A DNA stretch of 64,000 nt from a bacterium (GCA_028819345.1 JAPPLW010000099.1:97333-161332); one strand, 5' to 3'; positions 17,941-28,932 are shown, numbered from the stretch's first letter. Numbers and translations are program-made. The notes: generated by a model from the letters alone, not told the origin.

Positions 17941-19734
17941 ATGCCCGACCACAAGACCGACAAACCATCCTCCGGCGGACCAGTCCCCGGGCCGCGGACG
18001 AGCCGTCCGGTCATCTCCGGGACCCGCGGGATAATCTCGAGCGGCCACTACCTGACGTCGATGGCGGGGATGCGCATGATGGTATCGGGAGGGAACGCCT
18101 TCGACGCGGTGGCGGCAGGGGTCTTCGCGGGTGTGGTGGTCGAGCCGACCGCCGCCTGTTCCCTCGCCGCCGAGAGCGTCTTCATGCTCTACGACGCCCG
18201 TTCGGGGGACCTCAAGTCGCTTAGCGGCCAAGGCGTGGCCCCGGCCAAGGCGACGCTCGAGTTCTACCGCTCAAATGGACTTGACGACGTCCCCACCGGC
18301 CCCGGTCCCCTGGCGCCCCTGTCGTTCACCGTGCCCGGCGTCGTGCACGCCACCATCTCGATGCTCGAGAGGTACGGAACCAAGAGCCTCAGCGAGGTGA
18401 TCAGTCCGGCAATCCAATACGCCGAGGAGGGGATACCCCACTACCGGCAGATGATCGACTTCCTGGGACTGGAACCCACCATCCGCCAGTTCCGGCTCTT
18501 CCCCCCCGGCGGGATGGAGGTCTTCTATGACGACGCAAAGCTGCCGCAGGAGGGGTCGCTCTTCTACCAGCCCGGCCTGGCCGGGACATTGAGATCGTTG
18601 GCGGCCGCCGAGGCGTCGTCAGGGGGATCCCGGTCGGACGGACTGCGCGCCGGGATCGACGAGTTCTACCGCGGGAGAGTCGCCAGGCTGATCGCCGATG
18701 CATCGGAGAGCGTCGGCGGAGTCCTCGGGTACGAGGACCTCGGCGCCTACCGGTCGCAGTTCGAAGAGCCGCTCCGCACCACCTTCTCGGGCTATGAAAT
18801 CTGCGGCCAGAGGACCTGGTCGCAGGCCGGCGTTCTCCTCCAGACGCTGAACATGCTCGACCACTTCGACCTACGAGCCATGGGCCACAACACCCCGGCC
18901 TACATCCACACCGTCATCGAGGCCCTGAAGCTTTCCATGGCGGACCGCCAGACCTTTTACGGAGATCCCGACTTCGCCGACGTGCCGGTCTCCAGACTCC
19001 TGTCCAAGGAGTACGGCGAGGCTCGGGCCTCCATGATCGACCCCGGCCGGGCGGTCCCCGAGTTGCCGCCTCCGGGGGACCCCTGGGGTGGGGTGGTCCC
19101 TCCCGAGAGGCTGGGCGCCCCTGCAGGGGGATCCGGCGGCAAACTCGGTCAGGCGGGAGGCACCACCCACGTCGCCGCGATCGACCGGGCCGGAAACATG
19201 GCGTGCGCCACGCCCAGCGGCGGCTCTTTCGAGAAATCGGTGTTCTTTCCGGAGTTGGGATGCGCCATCAGCACCCGCTCCGAGGTGTTCAACCTGTCGG
19301 CGGGGCACCCCAACGTCATCGAGCCGGGTAAGCGGCCCAGGACCACGCTGGTCAATTACATCGCCGTCAAGGATGGCATACCACAGATGACCTTCGGTTG
19401 TCCGGGCGGAGACCACCAGACCCAGGCCAACCTCCAGCTGATGCTGAACACGTTCATCTTCGGCATGAACCCCCAGGAGGCCATCGAGGCGCCACGGTTC
19501 GCCACCGACAGCGTCCCCGACTCCTTCTACCCCCACAACTACTACCCCGGCCAGCTTTCTCTGGAGGCGGGAATTCCAAGCGGGACGGCCGAGACCCTGG
19601 GGCGGAGGGGCCACAGAGTAGTGAGAGCGGAGGTCTGCGGGGTGGGCGCCACCGTCACCCACCGCGATCCGGAGTCCGGCGTTCTCAGCACCGGGGGAGA
19701 CCCCAGGCGGCCCTGCTACGCGTTGAGTTGGTAG
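17941..19734 (+). CDS. ggt: Gamma-glutamyltransferase family protein (Ntn hydrolase)
   Basis: GGNAFDA, TVPG, ADRQTFYGDP, catalytic TTHVAAID, PGKRPRTTL, GCPGGDHQTQ, GDPRR. Confidence 0.88.
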   Translation: MPDHKTDKPSSGGPVPGPRTSRPVISGTRGIISSGHYLTSMAGMRMMVSGGNAFDAVAAGVFAGVVVEPTAACSLAAESVFMLYDARSGDLKSLSGQGVAPAKATLEFYRSNGLDDVPTGPGPLAPLSFTVPGVVHATISMLERYGTKSLSEVISPAIQYAEEGIPHYRQMIDFLGLEPTIRQFRLFPPGGMEVFYDDAKLPQEGSLFYQPGLAGTLRSLAAAEASSGGSRSDGLRAGIDEFYRGRVARLIADASESVGGVLGYEDLGAYRSQFEEPLRTTFSGYEICGQRTWSQAGVLLQTLNMLDHFDLRAMGHNTPAYIHTVIEALKLSMADRQTFYGDPDFADVPVSRLLSKEYGEARASMIDPGRAVPELPPPGDPWGGVVPPERLGAPAGGSGGKLGQAGGTTHVAAIDRAGNMACATPSGGSFEKSVFFPELGCAISTRSEVFNLSAGHPNVIEPGKRPRTTLVNYIAVKDGIPQMTFGCPGGDHQTQANLQLMLNTFIFGMNPQEAIEAPRFATDSVPDSFYPHNYYPGQLSLEAGIPSGTAETLGRRGHRVVRAEVCGVGATVTHRDPESGVLSTGGDPRRPCYALSW

Positions 19735-19823
19735 ACGTCAGGGCGCACCGACAAGGGACGATGCGTATGGCTGTCCCGCCGCCCTCCACTCAGCCGCCGC
19801 GACCACCATCCGGTCCGATAGGA

Positions 19824-20066
19824 TCAGTTCCCCAGTTTCGCTCGGATCAGCGCGGCCGCCTCGCCCACGGTGGTGATCTCTTCGGCTTCCTCGTCCGGGA
19901 TTTCCACGCCGAACTCGTCCTCCAGCGCCATTAACAGCTCCACAACGCCGAGCGAATCGACATCCAGGTCCTCCTCGAAATTGGCGTCAGGGTGCAGCTT
20001 GTCCTCTTCGAGATCCAATTCCTCCACCAGAATCTTCTTTAGCCTGACGTCGATGTCCGCGCTCAT
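19824..20066 (-). CDS. acpP: Acyl carrier protein
   Basis: [30 protein letters not shown] with the phosphopantetheine Ser; last gene of the fab cluster. Confidence 0.95.
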   Translation of the reverse strand: MSADIDVRLKKILVEELDLEEDKLHPDANFEEDLDVDSLGVVELLMALEDEFGVEIPDEEAEEITTVGEAAALIRAKLGN

Positions 20067-20174
20067 AGCTTCCCTTTCTTTCGTTTCGGCTACCAGACTT
20101 GTCCAGCCGACCTATTGGACGGCGCGGGCGGGGTGTGGGTTACCATTCCACCGCATTAGGGTACGGAACTCCTC

Positions 20175-20909
20175 TCAGAGCGCCAAGCCCCCGTCCACCT
20201 GCCAGACCTGGCCGGTCACGTACGAGGCGGCTTCAGACCCCAGGAAACCCACCACATTAGCCACCTCGGCAGGGTCTCCCACCCTGCCCAGAGCCGCTCC
20301 GGAGGCGGTGGCCTCCGCCGCCTTGGCCCCCAGTGGGGCGGTCAGGTCGGTGGCTATGAATCCCGGCGCCACCACATTGACCGTGATGCCTCGGGACCCG
20401 ACCTCACGCGCCACCGATTTGGCGAATCCGATCAACCCCGCCTTCGAGGCGGCGTAGTTGGCCTGACCGGGGTTGCCGCTCACCCCCGCCACGGAACTGA
20501 TGCAAATCACCCTCCCCCACCGGGCGCGGAGCATGCTCCTAAGAGCCGCCTTCGTGCACAGAAAGGCTGACCGGAGATTGACCGCCAGAACCTCATCGAA
20601 CTGCTCGGGGCTCATGCGCGCCAACAGCCCATCCCTGGTGATCCCGGCGTTGTTGACCAGGATCTCCACCGGGCCCAGGGTCTGCTTGGCCTCCTCGAAC
20701 ATCCGGTTCACCTGGTCGGCGTCCGACACGTCGGCCCCGATGGCCACGGCTTCTCCCCCGGCCCCCCGGATGGCCTGCACCACCTCGGCGGCGGCATCGG
20801 ATCGTCGGGCAAAGTTGACCGCCACCCGACAGCCTCGTCCGGCCATCTCCATGCAGACCGCCCGGCCGATCCCCCGTGATCCTCCGGTGACCAGGGCGAC
20901 CCGGCTCAT
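20175..20909 (-). CDS. fabG: 3-oxoacyl-ACP reductase
   Basis: TGGSRGIG, NNAGITRD, GNPGQANYAASKAG, VAPGFIAT. Confidence 0.95.
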   Translation of the reverse strand: MSRVALVTGGSRGIGRAVCMEMAGRGCRVAVNFARRSDAAAEVVQAIRGAGGEAVAIGADVSDADQVNRMFEEAKQTLGPVEILVNNAGITRDGLLARMSPEQFDEVLAVNLRSAFLCTKAALRSMLRARWGRVICISSVAGVSGNPGQANYAASKAGLIGFAKSVAREVGSRGITVNVVAPGFIATDLTAPLGAKAAEATASGAALGRVGDPAEVANVVGFLGSEAASYVTGQVWQVDGGLAL

Positions 20910-22003
20910 CTCAGTTTCTCCGGATACCCGTACACCCGGAAATTGGCCTCCAGCAATTCCATGAGGCTGCGGTCGGTCGGAGCAAGGGAGGCTTCGCTCC
21001 GCCCCAGGGGTTCGGTCCGCTCTCCCCAGCGGAGCACGGCCGCCCCGGCGGTCAGCCCACCCCCGAACGCGGCGAACACCACGTTGGCGCCGGCTGAGAT
21101 GTACCCCTGCTCCAGGGCTTCGACCAACGCCACCGGAATGGTGGCCGCCGAGGTGTTCCCGTAGGCGTGGATATTGGTGTAGACCTTCTCGGAAGGAAGC
21201 TTCAACCGTTTGGCGGTAGCATCGATGATCCTCATGTTGGCCTGATGGGGAATGAGCAGATCCACTTCCTCCAGTCCCAGGCCGGCCTCGGCGACCGCCC
21301 TCACCGACAGGTCTCCCATCGCCACCACCGCCCGGCGGAACACCTCTCGCCCGTTCATGGTGATCCCGCCGTGGGGAGGCTCCAGGGAACGGGCCGGCAT
21401 CCCGCTGAGCCCGTCGTTGGGCACCTCCAGGTAGCCCAGGGCGGAAGAGTCCATCTGCACGAACCCCGAGAGGAGACCGTGGTCTTCCTCGGTCGGCTCC
21501 ACCACCACCGCACCGGCGGCGTCGCCGAACAGGACCGCGGTCGATCGGTCGGTGAAATCGAGCAGGGCGCTGAGTCGTTCGGTCGCGGCGACCAGCACCC
21601 TCGAATGCATGCCTGACTCGATCATCTTGGCGGCGTTTATCAACGAGTAGACAAAGCCCGAGCAGTTGGCGTTGAGGTCGAAGGCCGCAGTGGGGACCGG
21701 CGCGCCCAGCAAACGGTGCACATGAGCCGCTGTGGCGGGGATAACGGAGTCGGACGTGCAGGAGGCGACAATGATCAGATCGATCTCACCTATGTCCCGG
21801 CCGGCGGCCGCCAGGGCATGTTCGGACGCCACCGCCGCCATCTCGGACGGCTCCACATGACTGATCCGCCTCTCCTTGATCCCGGAGCGAACCGTGATCC
21901 ACTCATCGGAGGTGTCGATCATCCGTTCCAGGTCGGCGTTGCTCAGCACGGTTGGGGGAACGCACTTTCCCCATCCGGTAATTGCAGCCCGGGTCATGGT
22001 CAC
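20906..22003 (-). CDS. fabH: Beta-ketoacyl-ACP synthase III
   Basis: DTSDEWI, DLNANCSGF (Cys), LFGDAAGA, PHQANMRI (His), YGNTSAAT (Asn). Confidence 0.94.
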   Translation of the reverse strand: MTMTRAAITGWGKCVPPTVLSNADLERMIDTSDEWITVRSGIKERRISHVEPSEMAAVASEHALAAAGRDIGEIDLIIVASCTSDSVIPATAAHVHRLLGAPVPTAAFDLNANCSGFVYSLINAAKMIESGMHSRVLVAATERLSALLDFTDRSTAVLFGDAAGAVVVEPTEEDHGLLSGFVQMDSSALGYLEVPNDGLSGMPARSLEPPHGGITMNGREVFRRAVVAMGDLSVRAVAEAGLGLEEVDLLIPHQANMRIIDATAKRLKLPSEKVYTNIHAYGNTSAATIPVALVEALEQGYISAGANVVFAAFGGGLTAGAAVLRWGERTEPLGRSEASLAPTDRSLMELLEANFRVYGYPEKLR

Positions 22004-22950
22004 TCTCCTCGCGAAAACTCCATGCTAGATATGGATTCCGCCACCCTAGCCGCTCCGGCCACATCATTAACGGTCAGCACCTTCGCCGAGCGAACCGTAC
22101 GCCTGGCCAGACCGGCGGTCACCTTGCCCGGGCCGACGTGCACGAAAACCTCGACTCCCTGCCGCGCCATGGCTGAGAGGCTCGCTGAGAACCTGACCGG
22201 AGAGGAGACCTGGGCGACCAGGGTCTCGGCGATGCGAGCGCCGTCCATCGGTTCGCCGCTGACATTGGCGTAGACCGGGAAGCGGGCCGGACGCGACCTG
22301 AGCCCGACCAGAGCCTCTTCCACGCCGCGGGCGGCCGGCGCCATGAAACCCGAGTGAAAGGCTCCCGCCACCGGCAGCCGGACCATCCTGCGAATTCCAA
22401 GGCTCCGACCCCGAGCCTCGAGCCAATCGAGATCAGAGGCTCCTCCGGCCATCACCACCTGACCCGGCGCGTTCAGATTGGCCACCACCAACCGCCCTCC
22501 CTCCAGTCGGCGGACCTCGGCCACCTCCTCCGCAGCAGTGTCATCCACGCCCATCAGCGCCATCATTCCCGAGTCCTCGGCGTCGGCGGCCTCGGCCATT
22601 GCCCGGCCTCTCGCCGACACCACCGACAACGCCTCTTCGAACCCGAACACCCCCGCAGCGGCCAGAGCGGTGTACTCGCCCAGGGAATGGCCGGCGGCGG
22701 CGATGGGGAGACAGGGAAGCCGGTCCGATAGTTCGACCCAAAGGGCATAGGAGAGACAGAAGAGGGCGGGCTGGGCCCGCTCCGTGCGGACCAGCAGCTC
22801 TTCGGGTCCCGTCAGGCAGAGTTCGCGAAGGGACCAACCCAACAATTCGTCCACACGGTCACCCAGAAGGTCGGGCCGAGCCTCGAACAGATCGGCGCCC
22901 ATTCCCACGAACTGGCTGCCTTGGCCGGGAAAGAGGACTGCGTAACTCAC
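22000..22950 (-). CDS. fabD: Malonyl-CoA:ACP transacylase
   Basis: FPGQGSQ, AGHSLGEY, NAPGQVV, VAGAFHS, SPVRF. Confidence 0.94.
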   Translation of the reverse strand: MSYAVLFPGQGSQFVGMGADLFEARPDLLGDRVDELLGWSLRELCLTGPEELLVRTERAQPALFCLSYALWVELSDRLPCLPIAAAGHSLGEYTALAAAGVFGFEEALSVVSARGRAMAEAADAEDSGMMALMGVDDTAAEEVAEVRRLEGGRLVVANLNAPGQVVMAGGASDLDWLEARGRSLGIRRMVRLPVAGAFHSGFMAPAARGVEEALVGLRSRPARFPVYANVSGEPMDGARIAETLVAQVSSPVRFSASLSAMARQGVEVFVHVGPGKVTAGLARRTVRSAKVLTVNDVAGAARVAESISSMEFSRGE

Positions 22951-22994
22951 TAGTGCTGAGGTATGACCCCGATAGGAAAGCTGCGGTTACCCGG

Positions 22995-24029
22995 TCATTC
23001 CGGGGTGAAAGCCGCCAGCAACCGCTCCACGTCGGCGTCGTCCACATCGCGATGGGTCACCAGACGCACTGTCCCGGCCAAGGGATCCCTGACGACCACC
23101 CCTGACTCCTTCAGTCGGGCGCGGACCGGCGCCCATCCTCCCCGCAGTCTTCCCACCTCCACCCGAACCATGTTCGTTTCGGTTATCTCGGGATCCACCG
23201 CTCCCGGATGACGGTCGGCCAGGCCGCGCGCCATCCGCGACGCCAGTTCATGGTCGGCAGAGAGACGGGACCAGTCACGGAGGGCGATACGCGCCGGGGC
23301 CGCAATGATCCCAGCCTGTCTCATGGCCCCTCCCAGCCTCTTCCGGAGGTAACGCGCCTCGGCCACCAGGTCGGCCGAACCGCACAGGATGGACCCCACC
23401 GGCGCTCCCAGGCCCTTGGAGAAGCAGAACTGCACCGTATCCACCCCTTCGGCGAACCGGGCCGGGGGAAGTCCGGAGGCCACCGCCGCGTTGAACACCC
23501 GCGCCCCGTCGAGGTGGATGGACAGGCCGTGTCGCCGGGCCGCACGATTGCCCTCCGCCATCACCTCGGCGGGGATCACCCTTCCGCCCGACATGTTGTG
23601 AGTGTTCTCCCATACCATCAGCCCGATACGTGGGTAAAGACTGCCCGCCAACTGCATTGACCGGTCGATGTCAGCGGGGGTGATCCGTCCGGCGTCCACA
23701 TCCATCGTGCGAAAGGCCACACCCGACAAGGCGGCGCCCGCACCCGCTTCAACATTGCGCAGGTGCGTCCCCGCGTCGCAGAGCACGTCCTCTCCCCGCC
23801 GGGTCTGGAGCATTATGCCCAGTTGGTTCCCCATCGTCCCCGTGGGAGTGAGCACCGCCGCCTCCTGGCCGACGATGGAAGCCGCCTCTTCCTCCAAAGC
23901 GTTGACCGTGGGATCGTCGCGGTAGACGTCATCGCCCACCATCGCCTCCGCCATGGCCCGCCGCATCTCCGGGGTGGGTCTGGTAACGGTGTCGGAGCGA
24001 AAGTCGGCGGTTCCGTCGGGAAAAGGCAC
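22995..24029 (-). CDS. ltaE: Low-specificity L-threonine aldolase (PLP)
   Basis: DFRSDTVTRPT, GDDVY, GTMGNQ, ENTHN, HLDGARVFNA, SKGLGAPVGS. Confidence 0.92.
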   Translation of the reverse strand: MPFPDGTADFRSDTVTRPTPEMRRAMAEAMVGDDVYRDDPTVNALEEEAASIVGQEAAVLTPTGTMGNQLGIMLQTRRGEDVLCDAGTHLRNVEAGAGAALSGVAFRTMDVDAGRITPADIDRSMQLAGSLYPRIGLMVWENTHNMSGGRVIPAEVMAEGNRAARRHGLSIHLDGARVFNAAVASGLPPARFAEGVDTVQFCFSKGLGAPVGSILCGSADLVAEARYLRKRLGGAMRQAGIIAAPARIALRDWSRLSADHELASRMARGLADRHPGAVDPEITETNMVRVEVGRLRGGWAPVRARLKESGVVVRDPLAGTVRLVTHRDVDDADVERLLAAFTPE

Positions 24030-24032
24030 AGA

Positions 24033-25205
24033 TCAGAGAAGCTCGAGCGTCCGGCGCAAACTGGTGACCGCCTGGCCGATCCTCTGGCGGTTCTCGACCA
24101 AGGCGAAACGGATGTGCCGGTCGCCGCTGGGGCCGAATCCGATTCCGGGACTGACCGCCACCTTTGCCTCCCGCAGGAGGTGCAGGGCAAACTCCACCGA
24201 CCCCATGTCCACGTAGGGCTCCGGGATGGGCGCCCAAACGAACATCGTGCCCTGGGGCTTCAGCACCTTCCAGCCGGAGTTGTTCAGGCCATCCACCAGG
24301 GCATCGCGCCGATCCCCGTAGATCGCTCTTACCCCATCGACATAGTCATCCCCGGAATTGAGGGCGACGATGGTTGCGATCTGGATGGGCTGGAAGGTCC
24401 CGTAGTCGAGATAGGACTTGAGCTTGGTCAGGGCCGCCACCGCAGCAGCGTTGCCCAGTACGAATCCCATCCGCCAACCCGCCATGGAATGGCCCTTGGT
24501 CATGCTGTACAACTCCACCCCCACCTCCGCGGCGCCCTCCACCTGCAGGAGCGAGGGCGGCCGATAGCCGTCATAGTGCATGTCGGCGTACGCGAAGTCA
24601 TGGACGATGAACGCGCCGTGCTGATGGGCGAACGCCACCAAACGCTCGAAGAAGGACAGTTCGATGCAGGTCGTGGTGGGATTGTGCGGGAAGGAGACGA
24701 TGATCACCCTCGGCTTCGGCCAGGACGAGCGATAGAGCACCTCCAGCCTTTCGAAGTACTCCGACTCCGAGACCACCGGAAGGCGGGCAATGTCGGAGCC
24801 GGCCAGAATCGGCGCGTAGATGTGGATGGGATAGGAGGGTTCCGGCACCACCGTGGTGTCCCCCGAGTCGACCAGGGTCCACAGCAGGTGGGACAGTCCT
24901 TCCTTGGCGCCGATCGTGGCGACCACCTGCGTCTCCGGGTCGATTGAGACTCCGAAGCGTCGTTGGTACCGATCAGCGATGGCCTGGCGGAGGTTCGGCA
25001 GCCCGCGCGACGAGGAGTAGCGGTGGTTCTTACCCTTGTTGGCCGCCTCGGTCAACTTGTCCACCACGAATGGAGGCGATGGCAGGTCAGGGTTGCCGAA
25101 GCCAAGGTCCACAACGTCCTCTCCGGCGCGGCGGGCAGCCACCTTCGCCTGGTCCACCTGAGCGAAAACGTAAGGCGGAAGACTGTGGATGCGCCTGAAC
25201 TCCAT
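24033..25205 (-). CDS. Class I/II PLP aminotransferase (AlaC-like)
   Basis: LPPYVFA, DLGFGNPD, GAKEGLSH, FPHNPT, HDFAY, SMTKGHSMAGWRMG, SYLDYG. Confidence 0.9.
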   Translation of the reverse strand: MEFRRIHSLPPYVFAQVDQAKVAARRAGEDVVDLGFGNPDLPSPPFVVDKLTEAANKGKNHRYSSSRGLPNLRQAIADRYQRRFGVSIDPETQVVATIGAKEGLSHLLWTLVDSGDTTVVPEPSYPIHIYAPILAGSDIARLPVVSESEYFERLEVLYRSSWPKPRVIIVSFPHNPTTTCIELSFFERLVAFAHQHGAFIVHDFAYADMHYDGYRPPSLLQVEGAAEVGVELYSMTKGHSMAGWRMGFVLGNAAAVAALTKLKSYLDYGTFQPIQIATIVALNSGDDYVDGVRAIYGDRRDALVDGLNNSGWKVLKPQGTMFVWAPIPEPYVDMGSVEFALHLLREAKVAVSPGIGFGPSGDRHIRFALVENRQRIGQAVTSLRRTLELL

Positions 25206-25217
25206 ACTCGCAGGCTA

Positions 25218-25979
25218 CTAGCGGTCGGCGCCGTTTTGCAGCGCAGAATGGCAAAATAAGGCAGGCGCCCACCGCCGGAAGGTGGCGACTCGCGGAGGAG
25301 TGAGCGCCACAACCAGCGACTGTGCGCCAGCCTCCACCCTCCTTGACAGGGTTCTCCGAAGGGTGTCCACTGAACAGGCAGTGTCCAGGAGACCTCCCCA
25401 ACTGATCGATACCGAGGGGTTCAGCTTCTTCATCTGCTCCACGGCAACCTCGAAAGCCGCAGGCTCGCCGCCCCAGGCGTTCCAACCATCCGCCTGTTCG
25501 GCCGCCACCTCCCGCACCTCCCGGCTCCATCCTCCCACCCATATCTCGACGCCCGGGGTCCGAGCCCGTACCGCGGCGATGGTTTTCCTCAGAAGCCGTA
25601 TGCGTTCGGGAAACGGTGGTTGGGCGATCCCCAGCCGGTTGCTTTCGGCGCGTGACCTGGAGTCGCCCACCCCCAAGCCGATCAGGGGAGGCGCACGGCA
25701 GATCGCGGCAAGAGTTCCTGCCACGCTGGCCGTGTAGGAGGGAGAGCGGAGTGTCGTCTGCAGCACCAGCGAACCGACGCGGCGCTCGGCCGCCGCCGCC
25801 GCCATACCCAGCGCGGTGGTAGCTTCCAGCACCGGAGAGGACGGACGGCGCCAGCCGGCCAGATGGTCTGTGGCCAGCACTCCGGCCAGGCCCACCGACT
25901 CCGACTCTCTCACCATCCCGGTGAGTTCCCGGGGGGACGACTGGAAGAGAGGCAGCACCGTCCAGACGGGAAGGTTCAT
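25218..25979 (-). CDS. LLM-class flavin-dependent oxidoreductase (divergent)
   Basis: ATDHL, LEATTALG, VGSLV, IGLGVG, IWVGG, ADGWNAWG. Confidence 0.75.
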   Translation of the reverse strand: MNLPVWTVLPLFQSSPRELTGMVRESESVGLAGVLATDHLAGWRRPSSPVLEATTALGMAAAAAERRVGSLVLQTTLRSPSYTASVAGTLAAICRAPPLIGLGVGDSRSRAESNRLGIAQPPFPERIRLLRKTIAAVRARTPGVEIWVGGWSREVREVAAEQADGWNAWGGEPAAFEVAVEQMKKLNPSVSISWGGLLDTACSVDTLRRTLSRRVEAGAQSLVVALTPPRVATFRRWAPALFCHSALQNGADR

Positions 25980-25989
25980 TGCCCCGTAG

Positions 25990-26397
25990 TCACTCTCCCA
26001 CCAGCCACCGGATCATCCACCGGACCCTCCTCGGCATGAATTCGATCAGAAGCCCCACCCCCAGGAGTATCCGTCCCAGCGCTTCCGGTTCTCCGTCCCA
26101 GTGCTCGGCCACCACCTCATCGGGCGCTGCCTCGATGAGCACCGCCAAGGCCACGACCACCGCCAACAGGTCATCAACCAGCCCAACCACCGGGATCACA
26201 TCCGGGATCAGGTCCAGGGGGATCACCGCGTAAACGGCCAGACCGGCCGCCAGGCGTTTGGCGCGCACCGGAACCCTTGGGTCCCGGGAGAGCCGGGCCA
26301 CCAACTTGGCAAACTGTGGCAGACCGGAAACCAGTCCTGTCACGGTCGTCGCCAACAGGCGTCGACCATCTGCGAACCCTTTGTCTTTCCCGCTCAT
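25990..26397 (-). CDS. DUF1232/YkvA family membrane protein
   Basis: DPRVP...YAVIPLDLIPDVIPVVGLVDD; ATGA overlap with the upstream gene. Confidence 0.85.
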   Translation of the reverse strand: MSGKDKGFADGRRLLATTVTGLVSGLPQFAKLVARLSRDPRVPVRAKRLAAGLAVYAVIPLDLIPDVIPVVGLVDDLLAVVVALAVLIEAAPDEVVAEHWDGEPEALGRILLGVGLLIEFMPRRVRWMIRWLVGE

Positions 26398-27191
26398 CCG
26401 ATCTCCGCTCGTAGTCCGTCGGCCACTCCATCCGCCGAGAGCCTCACCGGCCGGCGCGTGGCTCGAAAATACCCGACATTGCGACACAGGGTGGATCCCA
26501 CCCGCCATTGATGGGCCTGTGGCTGGTGGACATCTCCGAAGAAGTGGTAGCGAGGACGCACCTCGAGCAGGTAGTCGAGAATCGGGCGGGACGCCCTCTC
26601 GAACCTTCCGGTCACCACATCGAAGTGCAGGGCCGGCACCGCAGGGGCGAGATGGGTGCAGAGGATGTCCACCTCTCCCAGTCCGGCCAGCTTGTCCGCC
26701 ATCTCCTGGTCCGAGACCTCCCCGGAAGCATTCATGGGAGTGGTCAAACCTCCACCGGCAAAGCCCACCCGGTGGCCTTCGATCACCACCACCTCTCCAT
26801 CCACGAACCTGGATCCCTCCGGAAGGCTCTGGCGTAACAGTTCAGGGCGGTCGACGTTCCCGTAGGTCACGTACGACTCGGATGCCTCCAGAGCCTCCCG
26901 CATCAGGCGGTATTGCTTCTCCACTTCCACGCTCAACGCCGCGCGGAACCACTCGTAGCGGTCACCGACTCTCTCCGCCCACAGCGACCGCATCTCCTCG
27001 AACCGCGAACCTCCCCGGGAGGCGGCGATTCTGCGGGCGAAGTCGATGCCGAGGACTTCGGCGAAGATGCCTTCCCCGGTCCGGTAATCCACCAGGTTGA
27101 TCAGGTCCCCCAGGACGAGAAGGGGCTCCCCCCTGGAAGCCACCTCCGCCAGGGCGGAAAAGCGGCCATGGATGTCCGACACCAGCAACAC
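26394..27191 (-). CDS. Calcineurin-like metallophosphoesterase
   Basis: SDIHG, LGDLIN, GNVD, THLAP, FGDVHQP motifs; GTG start at 27191 just after the ilvD stop. Confidence 0.85.
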   Translation of the reverse strand: MLLVSDIHGRFSALAEVASRGEPLLVLGDLINLVDYRTGEGIFAEVLGIDFARRIAASRGGSRFEEMRSLWAERVGDRYEWFRAALSVEVEKQYRLMREALEASESYVTYGNVDRPELLRQSLPEGSRFVDGEVVVIEGHRVGFAGGGLTTPMNASGEVSDQEMADKLAGLGEVDILCTHLAPAVPALHFDVVTGRFERASRPILDYLLEVRPRYHFFGDVHQPQAHQWRVGSTLCRNVGYFRATRRPVRLSADGVADGLRAEIG

Positions 27192-27198
27192 GACAAAT

Positions 27199-28872
27199 CT
27201 AAAAGTGGTTGGTAACCGCTCCATTCTCCGCGCCGCCCACCAGGTTGGCGTACTTGGCAAGGGCGCCCGAGGGATAACGGACCGGGGCCGGCTTCCACCC
27301 TGCCCTCCTCTCTTCCAGCACGTCATCGGCCACCAGAAGGTCCAGACGGCGGGCGGCCACATCAACTCTGATGCGGTCTCCCTCCTCCACCAGGCCGATC
27401 GGCCCTCCCACCTCGGACTCGGGGGCGACGTGGCCGATGCACAGGCCGGTGGTGCCGCCCGAGAAACGCCCGTCCGTTATCAGCAGGACCTCCGACCCCA
27501 ATCCCGCTCCCTTGATCGCCGCGGTGATGGCGAGCATCTCCCGCATACCAGGGCCGCCGCGCGGACCCTCGGTCCGGATCACCAGTACTTCCCCGGGTTG
27601 GATGTTTCCCGAAAAGAGCGCCGCCAAGGCTCCCTGTTCCCCGTCGAAGACCCGGGCTGGACCCTCGAACACCTCGAGGGCCACCCCGGCCACCTTGACC
27701 ACGGCTCCCTTCGGCGCCAGGGAACCTCGCAGGATGGCGATGCCGCCCTCCGCTGCGATGGGATCGGAGGCGGCACGCAGCACGTCCTGTTCAGTCGGGA
27801 CCTTCACATCCCTGAGGTTTTCCGCCATGGTCTTTCCGGTGGCCGTCAGGCAGTCGCCGTGCAGCAACCCCTCTTCGGAGAGGACCTTCAACACCACGGG
27901 AACTCCTCCGAGATGGTCAACGTCCACCATGTGATACCTGCCGAACGGCTTCAGGTCCCCGATGTGGGGAGTCCGGCGGCTGATACGGTCGAAGTCCTCC
28001 AGCTCCAGTTCCACTCCCGCCTCATGCGCCAGAGCCATCAGATGGAGCACCGCGTTGGTGGAACCGCCCAGCGCCATCACGGTGGTGATGGCGTTCTCGA
28101 ATGCCGGCCGGGTCATGATCTGGCGGGGCCGTATTCCCTCCCTGAGGAGATTCATCACCGCCTCGCCGCTCTGGCGCGCATAGACGCCCAGGCGGGTGTC
28201 GACCGCGGGAACCGACGCCGACCCGGGGAGGGACATCCCGATCGCTTCTCCCACCGAGGCCATGGTGTTGGCTGTGAACATCCCCGCGCAAGAACCGGCG
28301 CCCGGACAGGCGTTGCGTTCGATTTCATCAAGATCCTCGGCGCTGATCCGCCCCTGGGACTCGGCCCCGATCCCCTCGAAGACATCCACGATGGAGATGT
28401 CCCGGCCCCGGTAGCGGCCGGGCAGGCTCGATCCACCATACAGGAACACCGCGGGCAGGTTTGAGCGGGCCGCCGCCATAAGCATGCCCGGCAGGGACTT
28501 GTCGCACCCGGCGATGGTCACCAGGGCGTCGAATCGCTCGGCGTGCACCATCAATTCCACCGAGTCGGCGATCACTTCCCGGGAGACGAGGGAGGCTCGC
28601 ATCCCCTCGTGGCCCATCGAGATGCCGTCCGAGACCGCAATGGTGGCGAATGAGAGCCCCACGCCGCCTCCGACGCGTACCCCCTCCTTGGCCCGCTCAG
28701 CGAGGACCGGGCCGGTGATGTTGCAGGGCGTGACCTCGTTCCCCGCCGAAACCACGCCTACCTGCGGCTTGGTGAAGTCTTCATCGGAGAGGCCCACCGC
28801 CCGCAGCATTGCGCGCGCTCCGGCGCGGGCGGGACCCTCCGTTACGTCTTGAGAATGAATCTTGAGCGACAT
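27199..28872 (-). CDS. ilvD: Dihydroxy-acid dehydratase
   Basis: [62 protein letters not shown]. Confidence 0.96.
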   Translation of the reverse strand: MSLKIHSQDVTEGPARAGARAMLRAVGLSDEDFTKPQVGVVSAGNEVTPCNITGPVLAERAKEGVRVGGGVGLSFATIAVSDGISMGHEGMRASLVSREVIADSVELMVHAERFDALVTIAGCDKSLPGMLMAAARSNLPAVFLYGGSSLPGRYRGRDISIVDVFEGIGAESQGRISAEDLDEIERNACPGAGSCAGMFTANTMASVGEAIGMSLPGSASVPAVDTRLGVYARQSGEAVMNLLREGIRPRQIMTRPAFENAITTVMALGGSTNAVLHLMALAHEAGVELELEDFDRISRRTPHIGDLKPFGRYHMVDVDHLGGVPVVLKVLSEEGLLHGDCLTATGKTMAENLRDVKVPTEQDVLRAASDPIAAEGGIAILRGSLAPKGAVVKVAGVALEVFEGPARVFDGEQGALAALFSGNIQPGEVLVIRTEGPRGGPGMREMLAITAAIKGAGLGSEVLLITDGRFSGGTTGLCIGHVAPESEVGGPIGLVEEGDRIRVDVAARRLDLLVADDVLEERRAGWKPAPVRYPSGALAKYANLVGGAENGAVTNHF

Positions 28873-28932
28873 ATCCCGATGATAAGCCGCGTCCATCGGA
28901 CAAGGATTCTCCCTCGGGGATCGGAGAGACCC

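Noticed and set aside
19824-22950. acpP/fabD/fabH/fabG as trans-acting partners completing the ACP-less PKS
   Set aside because: This is an ordinary FAS II operon 12 kb away, and the PKS AT appears structurally incomplete; no sequence evidence links them
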